Of a stretch of DNA of 24,908 nt, positions 8,058 to 16,909 are shown in pieces; the stretch's first letter is position 1, and every line of letters begins with the position of its first letter. Position numbers and translations under genes: made by a program. The stretch comes from an uncultured Nitrososphaeria archaeon (GTDB taxonomy: Archaea; Thermoproteota; Nitrososphaeria_A; Caldarchaeales; Wolframiiraptoraceae): positions 1 through 24,908 of the forward strand of contig CAZAVQ010000001.1 of NCBI GenBank assembly GCA_964488635.1, in the 5' to 3' direction. The notes beneath the pieces were generated by a model, which saw nothing but the letters and a program-made list of their open reading frames with translations, did no database searches and was not told the origin of the DNA.

Positions 8058-8957
8058 TCAGCTCCGACCGCTGTGAGAATTAAGCACATTTTTCGCGGCT
8101 AGTCTGCGTTTGAGCTCCTCTAATTCCATTTTACTCGGCATTTTGAATGGGGGCTTCGGATAACCTACGTCGATCCCTCTCAGCCTCAGGAGCGCGTAGC
8201 TTGTGGGGATAGGGTCACCGGTGAATAAGATTTCCCTTAATTCTATTGCGAGGAACTGTTTCTTGAATGCCTCTTTGAGGTTTCCGGATTTTGCGAGGCT
8301 ATATAGTTCTGTGACGAGTTCGGGGAATATATTGGATAATCCAGATACGCAACCATCTGCTCCAGCCAGCACCGCGGGCACTAGAAGTGCTTCTGTCCCT
8401 ATCAAGAATACGAAATCCCGTTTCTCGACGGCCGACATGTAGCGGTAAAACCTGACCAAATCTCCGCTACTTTCCTTTATGCCCGCTATTCCCTCATCTG
8501 CTAGTTTGGAGAGCATGCCGGGAGGTAGGTTAAATCCAACTCTGGACGGGATATTGTATATGAATACGGGTAGATCTACGCTTGACAGCAACATCGCATA
8601 AAACCTGTGAACGGCCTCGACATCATAGCTATAGTAAAAGGGCGGGGTGCTCGCGACGGCATCCGCCCCTATTTGACGAGCATACTTCGCCAATTCTCTA
8701 GAGACCTCGGGAGACGTGGAACTCACATTCACTATTATTTTCGTGTTTCTTCCAGAAAACTCTATGCTTAGCTCGATGACCCTCTTTCGCTCCTCAACGG
8801 TCATCATAGGCCCGGATCCGAAAGTCCCGCACACGAATAAGTTTCGAATACCGTTTTTCCTTAGGAATTCTATGAAGTCTTTGAAGCGATCTTCAGACAC
8901 CGCGCCTTCCTTAGTGAAAGGCGTGAGGATGGGGGTGATCACGCCTTCAAATGTCAT
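8058..8957 (-). CDS. Dihydrodipicolinate synthase family aldolase (DapA/NAL/KDG aldolase superfamily)
   Basis: 'TPILTPF', 'GTFGSG', 'PPFYY', catalytic Tyr in 'IYNIP', Schiff-base Lys in 'GIKESSGD', and 'GADGCVSG'. Confidence 0.88.
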   Translation of the reverse strand: MTFEGVITPILTPFTKEGAVSEDRFKDFIEFLRKNGIRNLFVCGTFGSGPMMTVEERKRVIELSIEFSGRNTKIIVNVSSTSPEVSRELAKYARQIGADAVASTPPFYYSYDVEAVHRFYAMLLSSVDLPVFIYNIPSRVGFNLPPGMLSKLADEGIAGIKESSGDLVRFYRYMSAVEKRDFVFLIGTEALLVPAVLAGADGCVSGLSNIFPELVTELYSLAKSGNLKEAFKKQFLAIELREILFTGDPIPTSYALLRLRGIDVGYPKPPFKMPSKMELEELKRRLAAKNVLNSHSGRS

Positions 8958-9003
8958 TTCAACTTTAACTGGCGATTGGGGAAATATTTAAGGTTGTAAA
9001 AAT

Positions 9004-11496
9004 TTACATGAAATGTTCTAGACTTGTTATGCCTATGATTCTATCGAAATCTATTCCGAGCGCGTCGAGAACTTGCTCGAAGGTCGATGTCAAGTATTCC
9101 ACGTATTTATCGACGTCAATTTGATCTTTTCTAGCGAATTCTAATGGCTCGACCCCCTCGCTATCCTTCGTTTTGACGTAAGCAATTATGTCTCCTGGAA
9201 CTACCTGTATCCCCCTATTCATGAGCTTTCGAGCTGCCTTCACGTGGGGTGGAGTGGTCTTCACGTATCTCTCAACGCTCTTAGACAGCATTACCTTGAA
9301 CGATAAGTCCTCTAAATTGTATTCTCCCCTCTTTAAGGCGTAGTATTTCGACTTGAGAATCTCCATGATCTTCCTCTTCGCTTCCTCGAATTCCTCCTCA
9401 GATTTCACCTCACTCAGGATCTTCAACATATCCTCAAATGCGTCTTTGATGAATCTTGGTATGTGGCTCTTCTTACCGGTTAGCCCCTTAACATCGACTA
9501 TGCCCTTATCCGTGACGCCGAGATAATTCTTCTTCCTCTGAGAGAAGACGATGTATCTATATCGTTTATCTATCTCTAAGTCTAGTTTAAGCTCCTTCTT
9601 CACCCACGTCACCAACTCATTTATCACACGTTCATCTGAAGTCTTTAGGAAGAGGCTATCGGTGTCGCCGTAGAGGACCTCCACCCCTAGTTCCCTGGCC
9701 TTCTCCACAGCTTTCTTGAAAGCGTATCTGGCTATCGCCGCCGTGCTCTCGGCGACCGGAGGACAATAGAGCGGGAACTCCTCGAAACCGAAGACCCCAT
9801 ACGCCGCATTCAGGAATACCTTTAGCGCCCTCTGAACCACGCTGTACCACCTTCTCTGGATCTCCGGGATATTTTGATCTGAACTCTTCGGCTTATACCA
9901 CCGCACCCGGATGTCTCTGAGACAACCTATGACCTCGCTCTGAATTCCCCTCCTCTTCTTACATATCCAGTGAGTCGTCTCCGGCACGACGTTATCCCTG
10001 CATTCGGGATGAGGACATCTGGCGGTTTCATAGCTGAGATTCCATTCCTTTAGAACTGAGGGATAGAGTGATGAGAAGTCTAGGACCGTGACGTTGAAGT
10101 GTACCCCTGGAACCGGATTGACGACTATCGCGCCGCGGTATTTCTTCCCCTCTATCACGGCTTTGGTTGAGATGACGCCTTTCTCCTCCATGAGCTCGTC
10201 ATGCCTCGGTATCAGGCACCCGCGTTTTCTATGCTCGAAATAGAGAAGACTCTTAATCCACCCTGATACACCATGTCGACACACGTCTTCGATCGGCATC
10301 TTGCTTATCCTCGACAAAACGACCAACAGCTTCAGCAGTAACTCATTATCGGATGTCAGGAGCTCATGGACTAGAAGCGCGTCTTGGAAACAATATTTCG
10401 CGAGCTCTTCGCCCGTCAATTCCCCTATGGGCTTCTCTATCTCGATCTTACCCTTTCCCAAGAGAGCCTGCGCGATCGCCTCTAAGGTATGCTCCCTATA
10501 TTTATTGTCAAACGCGTAAACTTGAATGCTCTTATTCATGAACAATTTATAGAGATCGATGTGTATTCCCCGTCGGAGAGATGCGCCTTCCCTGCCCAAC
10601 GTTATCGGAATCTGCTCCTTCGGTATCTTCAGTACCTCGCCCCTGTGCCTTAAGTACGGCATATCGAAGTCGTCGCCGTTAAAAGTCGCCACCACGGGGT
10701 AACCATCCATGACCTTGAAAACGTCCCTTAGCATCTGAACCTCGTCTTCGTACACCTTGACATCGAATTGATCGCTCCGGGGCTCTTTAAATCCGGGGGT
10801 CTTCAGGAGATATACTTCCCTCCTACCATCGCTGCCGATCAACGCGACCGCGATTACCTTGTCCCTGGCCTTACTCGGCGATGGAACCCTCGTGGCTACG
10901 GGCGATAATACCTCGATATCTAATGAAAGGTGTTTGAACTTTGGCTGCGCGGCCTCTAAGAGGCTAACCCAATCCATTAGAAGCCTTTTCTCTTCTTCGG
11001 ATAAGTCGCCGAAGACCTCCTCGATCTTCTTCTTTATCTCTTCTTCGCCGGGCGCCGCCTCTATCAGCTTCCCGTCCATTAGATAATAGGGCGCGCATGG
11101 TGTAAGCCGCATATCATATAGATAAGAGAGGTGATAGGGGATGTCGGCCTCCCATGCCTTTATCTTCTCCCTTATGGAGTTACTGCTTCCACCTATGGCC
11201 AGGGGGTCGCTCGCTATTATCTTAGTTACCTCGATTTCCCGATCCCTCAGTAAATCATATTTTCTTTCCCTGACTAAATCGACGACCCCGGGTAGCCTCA
11301 TTTCCTTAACTTTCTCCAAGGTCTCCTTTACGTAGCAGTATGGTTTATGGCCGCTTTCATCGTAAACGATCTTAACTTCCTGAGACTCGGCGTTTAATAG
11401 TTTGAGATACGCCTTCCCCGCCTTACCGTCATAGCTACACCCTATCAAGAAGAAAAGATCTCCGTGAATGTGATCTTCAAGGCTGGTCTGTCCCAT
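9004..11496 (-). CDS. polB1: Family B DNA polymerase, PolB1 type, with intact proofreading
   Basis: PolB1-type N-terminus 'SYDGKAGKA'. ExoI 'DIE', ExoII 'FNGDDFD', ExoIII 'YCFQD'. Polymerase motifs 'YRGA', 'DFSSLYPS', 'NAAYG', 'YGDTDS'. PolB1-specific 'RCPHPEC...HWIC'. Confidence 0.95.
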   Translation of the reverse strand: MGQTSLEDHIHGDLFFLIGCSYDGKAGKAYLKLLNAESQEVKIVYDESGHKPYCYVKETLEKVKEMRLPGVVDLVRERKYDLLRDREIEVTKIIASDPLAIGGSSNSIREKIKAWEADIPYHLSYLYDMRLTPCAPYYLMDGKLIEAAPGEEEIKKKIEEVFGDLSEEEKRLLMDWVSLLEAAQPKFKHLSLDIEVLSPVATRVPSPSKARDKVIAVALIGSDGRREVYLLKTPGFKEPRSDQFDVKVYEDEVQMLRDVFKVMDGYPVVATFNGDDFDMPYLRHRGEVLKIPKEQIPITLGREGASLRRGIHIDLYKLFMNKSIQVYAFDNKYREHTLEAIAQALLGKGKIEIEKPIGELTGEELAKYCFQDALLVHELLTSDNELLLKLLVVLSRISKMPIEDVCRHGVSGWIKSLLYFEHRKRGCLIPRHDELMEEKGVISTKAVIEGKKYRGAIVVNPVPGVHFNVTVLDFSSLYPSVLKEWNLSYETARCPHPECRDNVVPETTHWICKKRRGIQSEVIGCLRDIRVRWYKPKSSDQNIPEIQRRWYSVVQRALKVFLNAAYGVFGFEEFPLYCPPVAESTAAIARYAFKKAVEKARELGVEVLYGDTDSLFLKTSDERVINELVTWVKKELKLDLEIDKRYRYIVFSQRKKNYLGVTDKGIVDVKGLTGKKSHIPRFIKDAFEDMLKILSEVKSEEEFEEAKRKIMEILKSKYYALKRGEYNLEDLSFKVMLSKSVERYVKTTPPHVKAARKLMNRGIQVVPGDIIAYVKTKDSEGVEPLEFARKDQIDVDKYVEYLTSTFEQVLDALGIDFDRIIGITSLEHFM

Positions 11497-11587
11497 TCCA
11501 GATAAATTGGGTAAAAGGCGGTAATTTAGAGTTTTGGATCAGGAAGATTAAAGTTAAGACACCCTAGATAAAAATCGAGGCCCGAGG

Positions 11588-12901
11588 ATGCGGATCGAGG
11601 AAACCGCCGAATCGCTGGCTCTAGCCTTTCTAGCCGTCAAAAGGCACGTGGAGGCCGAAATCTCGTTAAAGGCTGGGCTCTATCAGGTTTCAAAATCCAG
11701 AAATCCGAGTGTAAAAGTCTTGAGATTGGCTAGGAAGCTTCTCCACATCTACGCGGTCGAAGAGAATAGGATTAGCCCGATACTGAGCGAGATTTTAATG
11801 GGAGAGGAGATTTCAGAGGACTCTAGGATCCTCCTCAAGCTATTAATCTCCGGAATATTGTCGGATTTAGATCTCGGAGATCCCGAGAAACTGGTTAGGG
11901 CCTTAAGGAGGGCGTTGAAGAAGCTTTGGCCCGGAGACATAGAGCCCTGGATAGGGGTCATTAATGCAATTACCCGAAAAACCGTGGAGATACCTAAACT
12001 GGAAAATTACCCTCCCTGGTTCATCAGATTTCTCTACAAAGTTTTGGGTAGAGAGGAGGCCCGAGAACTCATGAGGTTCCAGGATGATAAGAAGCCCGTG
12101 ATGTATGCGGTTTTAAACTCGTTGATGTCGCAAAGCGATGAAATCTTAAGAGAGATGGAAAGGGAGGGAATAGAACTCGAGCCAGACACCAGGCTTCCGG
12201 GGATATATGTTGTAAAATCCGTCGAAGAGACGAGAAAACTGGTGAAATTCATCAAGAGGGGCCTCCTCCTAATTCAAGATTTCTCGAGCTATTATGCCGT
12301 TTACTCCGCCAAATTGAAGCCCGAAATGAGAGTTTTGGATATTTGCGCCGCCCCAGGTGCGAAAACGATCTTGATGGGAATCCGGATGAAGAATAGGGGG
12401 CTAATCATATCGGTAGATTCTTCTCTTGAGAGGATCAGAACCCATCTCAAGAGGATTAGGAAGATTGGGCTCAAGATCGTGGAAGACGTGGCCGCGGACG
12501 CGACCCTTCCATTACCCTTTAACTTTAAGGCCGACGTGGTGTTACTCGACCCCCCATGTAGCTCTACGGGGCTTTTTTGGAGGGAGCCGTCCTATAGGTG
12601 GCTCATCAAGCCTAGGCATGTAAAGATGTTCGCGAAATTACAGGCGAAGATGTTGGAGAACGCCGCAAGACACGTTAAAGAAGATGGTTATCTGATATAC
12701 TCTACATGCAGCATCTCACTGGAGGAAAACGAGATATTATTGGAGGACTTCCTAAAACGGCACCCGGAATTCGAATTAACGGAGATAGAGCCGGCCCTAG
12801 GATCGAGCGGACTACGCGGAATCTCTGAAGCCAGGAGACTTTATCCACATAGAGATCTATGTAATGGATTTTTCATCGCGAAGCTCTCGAAGAAGTGGTA
12901 G
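11588..12901 (+). CDS. RsmB/NOP2-family RNA (cytosine-C5) methyltransferase, long Fmu/Sun-like form
   Basis: 'DICAAPGAKT', 'DPPCSSTG', 'YSTCS' (both catalytic Cys present), 'GFFIAKL'. Confidence 0.9.
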   Translation: MRIEETAESLALAFLAVKRHVEAEISLKAGLYQVSKSRNPSVKVLRLARKLLHIYAVEENRISPILSEILMGEEISEDSRILLKLLISGILSDLDLGDPEKLVRALRRALKKLWPGDIEPWIGVINAITRKTVEIPKLENYPPWFIRFLYKVLGREEARELMRFQDDKKPVMYAVLNSLMSQSDEILREMEREGIELEPDTRLPGIYVVKSVEETRKLVKFIKRGLLLIQDFSSYYAVYSAKLKPEMRVLDICAAPGAKTILMGIRMKNRGLIISVDSSLERIRTHLKRIRKIGLKIVEDVAADATLPLPFNFKADVVLLDPPCSSTGLFWREPSYRWLIKPRHVKMFAKLQAKMLENAARHVKEDGYLIYSTCSISLEENEILLEDFLKRHPEFELTEIEPALGSSGLRGISEARRLYPHRDLCNGFFIAKLSKKW

Positions 12902-13757
12902 ACGCGGTTAACAACGCTTCATACACGGCGTAAACAGCATTTGCAGCACTCTGACCGTTATCGAAAAGTGGATTAACCTCAACGACGTCTATCCCCACCA
13001 GTTCTTTACTCGAAACCAATTTTATCAACTGAAATAGATGAAGAGGTGAAATTCCCCCGGGCTCGGGGTTTCCAACTCCAGGCGCATATGCGGGATCCAG
13101 CACATCGATGTCTATGCTTAGATATATCTTCTCCGAGGTTGAAATTATTTTAGAAATTTTTTCGCGACACTTCTGGACATCTTCGTTTATTTCGAGGCTT
13201 GTCACGATTCCTAACTTGTTTCCTTTAGCGTATTCGAACTCTTCTCTCGTATATGCCCTGGCTCCGATAACTAATGTCTTAAGATTCTTTCTCTTCTCAG
13301 TCAGCCTCCTTAACCAAGTAGTATGATTTATTCGGGTATCCATGTATTCATCTCGGAGATCTAGGTGTGCGTCAAATACGACCAAGATCACCTCTTCGGG
13401 AACCCTCGAGGCAGCCGCCAGGGTCAGGGTGTGCTCTCCGCCGAGGATCACCGGAATCTTCCTTTGGACCATAATTTTTTCAGTAACGGTTCCCACTCTT
13501 CTCAACATAGCCTCAACGTTATTCGTCGGAGGTAAATCGCCTAGGTCAGCTAACTCGATTAAATCTTCCTCGGGGATCTCCAAATTCTCGGACATCATTC
13601 TCAAGAAAATCGGCGCAAATCTCGACCCCGGCCTATAACTCGCCGTAGCATCGAAAGGAACCCCAAAAGCGACATACGTCGCTTCTTCAAAGCTTTTTTC
13701 CGAGCCTATAAACGATGGGCCTTTATAAAAATAGAAACGGATCCAATCCTCAGACAT
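12873..13757 (-). CDS. speB: Agmatinase
   Basis: 'GVPFD...RPGSRFAP', 'GGEHT', 'DAHLD', 'SIDIDVLDP..APG', 'DVVEVNP'. ATG 13757 preferred; GTG 13769 is an alternative start. Confidence 0.9.
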   Translation of the reverse strand: MSEDWIRFYFYKGPSFIGSEKSFEEATYVAFGVPFDATASYRPGSRFAPIFLRMMSENLEIPEEDLIELADLGDLPPTNNVEAMLRRVGTVTEKIMVQRKIPVILGGEHTLTLAAASRVPEEVILVVFDAHLDLRDEYMDTRINHTTWLRRLTEKRKNLKTLVIGARAYTREEFEYAKGNKLGIVTSLEINEDVQKCREKISKIISTSEKIYLSIDIDVLDPAYAPGVGNPEPGGISPLHLFQLIKLVSSKELVGIDVVEVNPLFDNGQSAANAVYAVYEALLTASTTSSRASR

Positions 13758-13822
13758 CCCCGGCTCCACATCATGTGAGGATGATTAATATTAAACTTGG
13801 CTCACATGAGCAGTGTGATCTT

Positions 13823-16069
13823 ATGAGGGGGGCGAGGCGTCTAACTCTCATAATTCTCCTCATAGGATTAATTTCGCGCCTACTCCCCTCTGCCTTTTAC
13901 GCTCACCCCTGGGACATGTATATCTGGATGAAATCCGGAGAACTGGGATTACACGAGATCAACATATATCACTTCAATAACCCGGTTGATTATCCATGGG
14001 GATTTTACGCATATCCCCCGATGTGGCTTTACTGGCTCATCGCCGCTGTGAAACTCGGGGACATCGTCGGAAACTTAAACTTCAAAGTTTTTCTGATAAA
14101 ATTTCCAATAATTGTCGCAGACATCTTTGTGGCGGTCATCTTATATCGATTAGCCAGGAAGCTTGGATTCGATGAGAAACAATCGCTGGTGGCTATGACG
14201 CTTTGGCTCTTCAATCCGATAACCTATTTCATATCCGCTATATGGGGCATGTTCGACTCGGTAGCGGTGCTCTTCGCACTATTGGGCATATACTACATAC
14301 TAGACGAAAAATACGTCAAAGCGGGGGCGGCGATAGGAATAGGTACCGCCGTCAAGATCATCCCCGCATTAATACTCCTACCCGCTCTCGTTTACTTGGT
14401 TAAAGAAAAGAAGACTACCGTCAAAGATTTCATCATTAAGCTGGTGATCCCCTCCGCATTAGTGTTCTTGATAATCTCGACGCCGTTTCTCAGCTCTCCA
14501 CTCCAATACTTTAAGGCCCTGCTACAGCATACGAAAAGCGTCGGAGGATTTACGTATTGGATGGCCCTCTCCACGTTTGTTAATTTATCGAACTTTTGGT
14601 TCATTCCAGTTATATCATTTGGGGTGATCATGGTAGTTATAACGAAGAAGATGCGCTCCGGAGAGCTGGGGTTCATCTGGGCGTGCGCTTTAATAATCGC
14701 ATCCCTATTCGCAACCTCTCCAAAAGTAAACATCCAATACACCAATTTCTTAATTCCATTGCTCTTGGTCTCAAGGGAATTTTGGAATGAAAAGAGGGTA
14801 AAACGGAATTTCTTCCTATTGATGGTCGCCGCCGTGTTGTGGATCGCCTCCTCTTGGGTTATCCTAACAGGATACAGCCTAGAGTATTTGGGAAGACTCT
14901 ACGTCACGGAAAGCTATGAGATAAGCCCCGCGTACATCCTGACAGTCGTGGCCGGGATCTTCGGCGGAACCCGCTTCATCGCCCTCGTAATGGATTACTT
15001 AAATCTACAGAAGCTGGATACAGCATACATCAGCAAGTGGAACGTAACGATCTACATATTAGTCATATTGATTGGATTGGCATGCATCCTTCCATCGCCC
15101 ACGGGAGTCGTTATGCCCTATACCCCGATTAGGATCGGAATTCCGGAAAGCCCGGATTCCGCCTTCATCCCAGGATCGGATAAAAGTGTGGATCAGTTCC
15201 TAAAACACTATAATGTAACCCATGTGGTGATCGCCTTTTCACCTGACTTCGTAAATACCTATAATGGATACGAGCCGAATCGGGATGTCACGGCCTATTT
15301 CAAATTCAAGATACATAATAACCGGTGGACTCAACGGGATGTATACCACCTCGTTAGGGACCTGCATTCTAGGAGAATTAGGGTGTTGCTGGGAGTTTAC
15401 CTAAAAGCCCAAGATATATCCTATCGATATGGCATCCAGGGATTCTCTACTGAATGGATTCAAAAGCACCCAGACTTGATAGGGCCCCAGAAAATATTAT
15501 TGTTTAACTCCACGATAAAACTCTCAGATCAGGAGCTACCTTACAGCCAATATTTCTCAACAAAAATAGGAAAAATTATGGACGACTTCGGCTTCGACGG
15601 AGTTTATTTGATGGATTGGGATGATCGGCGGATAAAAGGCGACAGGCTAAGCCACATAACACCCCTAATCGAGGAACTCAGGAAGAAGATCGACAAACCC
15701 ATCTACATCGAGGGCCCTGATTACATAGACGACGTAGAACACCTATTGACCTTATTAGATAAAGCGGACTACGTAGTGCTGAAGACCGCCCCCTGGATAA
15801 AGCAAGTATATTATACGCTTTCCAGCAACTCGTCTCTAATGAACTATGAGAAAACCCTTGTTAATGTTTTAAACAATATACCAGCCGATGAAAGAGATAG
15901 AATATTATTCAGCGCCTATACGTTTAGCTTCGTCGACGGGTGGCTAAACCCAGCAATAGAACTCCAGATAGAAGTGAATAAGTTCCATGAAATAGGGTTT
16001 AGGCAGGGATATGTGATATATTACGCCGATAGATATGTTCCGTATAAGCTAACAATTAAATCCGAATAG
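13823..16069 (+). CDS. Polytopic GT-C glycosyltransferase (GT87/PIG-M-like) fused to a C-terminal glycoside-hydrolase-like TIM-barrel domain
   Basis: N-terminal GT-C hallmarks 'HPWD', 'YAYPP', 'ADI', 'FNP..YFISAIWGMFD', 'VKIIP' with many hydrophobic helices. Soluble C-terminal part of about 300 aa containing 'GFDGVYLMDWD'. ATG 13823 chosen because the ORF-track start at 13715 overlaps speB. Confidence 0.75.
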   Translation: MRGARRLTLIILLIGLISRLLPSAFYAHPWDMYIWMKSGELGLHEINIYHFNNPVDYPWGFYAYPPMWLYWLIAAVKLGDIVGNLNFKVFLIKFPIIVADIFVAVILYRLARKLGFDEKQSLVAMTLWLFNPITYFISAIWGMFDSVAVLFALLGIYYILDEKYVKAGAAIGIGTAVKIIPALILLPALVYLVKEKKTTVKDFIIKLVIPSALVFLIISTPFLSSPLQYFKALLQHTKSVGGFTYWMALSTFVNLSNFWFIPVISFGVIMVVITKKMRSGELGFIWACALIIASLFATSPKVNIQYTNFLIPLLLVSREFWNEKRVKRNFFLLMVAAVLWIASSWVILTGYSLEYLGRLYVTESYEISPAYILTVVAGIFGGTRFIALVMDYLNLQKLDTAYISKWNVTIYILVILIGLACILPSPTGVVMPYTPIRIGIPESPDSAFIPGSDKSVDQFLKHYNVTHVVIAFSPDFVNTYNGYEPNRDVTAYFKFKIHNNRWTQRDVYHLVRDLHSRRIRVLLGVYLKAQDISYRYGIQGFSTEWIQKHPDLIGPQKILLFNSTIKLSDQELPYSQYFSTKIGKIMDDFGFDGVYLMDWDDRRIKGDRLSHITPLIEELRKKIDKPIYIEGPDYIDDVEHLLTLLDKADYVVLKTAPWIKQVYYTLSSNSSLMNYEKTLVNVLNNIPADERDRILFSAYTFSFVDGWLNPAIELQIEVNKFHEIGFRQGYVIYYADRYVPYKLTIKSE

Positions 16070-16085
16070 AGGAGATAAAGAGTGA

Positions 16086-16448
16086 ATGAACGAGGACGGG
16101 GGAGATCTTTGGAAAAAAGCGAACGAACTCGAAAGAGACGGGAAACTAAGAGAAGCCCTAGAAATATACGTTAGAAACGCGGAAAAGGGAGATGACTTAG
16201 CCCTCTCGGCCATAAACTTCCTAGCGGCTGCTAGGTGCGCGGTTAAGCTTGGGAGGATGGATGAGGCTAGAGAATTTTTCAGAAAGGCTGGACAACTTTA
16301 TGAAAAACTCGGAGAAAATCTTGAAGGGGATTCCTATAATTATGCTGAGTGGGCATATCGCATGGCATCTAACTGTTATAGGCTTTCCGGAGACCTAGAG
16401 CTCTCGAGAAACGCTTTAGAGAAGGCAGAGAAACTTAAGAGAGCTTGA
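16086..16448 (+). CDS. Small TPR/SNAP-like helical-repeat protein
   Basis: Repeated 'A...AA.C..KLG...A..F..A..Y' pattern. GAGGAG SD upstream; 16 nt after the GT gene stop. Confidence 0.6.
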   Translation: MNEDGGDLWKKANELERDGKLREALEIYVRNAEKGDDLALSAINFLAAARCAVKLGRMDEAREFFRKAGQLYEKLGENLEGDSYNYAEWAYRMASNCYRLSGDLELSRNALEKAEKLKRA

Positions 16449-16456
16449 ATAAGAAG

Positions 16457-16909
16457 TTATTCGAGGGGGATTCTCCTCCATTTAGCGACCTGAGGATAGA
16501 GTTTTCCATCCCTTGTAATTCTACTAGAGCCAAGGTATAGGTCTCCGCATTTTCCTATGAGGTATTTTCCCTCGTATTTTCTCGGAGCCGGTATGACTTC
16601 TGCTCTCATCCACCTCTCGGCGTCTTCCTCATCAAGATCCAATACATTCTTTGTTATTCTTCCATTCAGGATCTGGCTTCCCTCTATGGAGAGAATAACG
16701 TCCCCCTTAGAGATCTTAGCGACGTATACTCCGATTTGTTGAACCTTCCTAAGTCTTCTAGCGACTTCAAATGTCTCCTTAGTCGCCGCCCTGATCCTTC
16801 CTTGCCCCGCCGCGATCAGTATGAGTCCCTCGAATGGTTTTTCAACTCCGTATTGTTTCTTTAGTCTGAGTTCAAAATATCTCCGCTCGCCAGCATCCAT
16901 CAGCCTCAT
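16457..16909 (-). CDS. RsmF C-terminal / NIP7-like (pre-PUA/PUA) protein
   Basis: 'QIGVYVAKI....LSIEGSQIL....KNVLDL..E.AE.WM.AE' is typical of the archaeal partner of NOL1/NOP2 enzymes. ATGA overlap with the upstream methyltransferase. Confidence 0.75.
   Translation of the reverse strand: MRLMDAGERRYFELRLKKQYGVEKPFEGLILIAAGQGRIRAATKETFEVARRLRKVQQIGVYVAKISKGDVILSIEGSQILNGRITKNVLDLDEEDAERWMRAEVIPAPRKYEGKYLIGKCGDLYLGSSRITRDGKLYPQVAKWRRIPLE

Noticed and set aside
8054-8089. Longer start for the MBL hydrolase
   Set aside because: It overlaps the aldolase 3' end; ATG 8053 has an SD element and a family-typical start.
12873-12901. Convergent 3' overlaps (here 29 nt; also 1768-1790, 23 nt)
   Set aside because: Common in compact archaeal genomes; no sign of a special function.
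13715-13822. N-terminal extension of the GT gene as given in the ORF track
   Set aside because: It overlaps the divergent speB start; the hydrophobic N-terminus begins at ATG 13823.
13800-16450. Apparently lower GC than the polB region, suggesting horizontal transfer
   Set aside because: Judged by eye only; membrane-protein codon bias could explain it, and no mobility signals are present.
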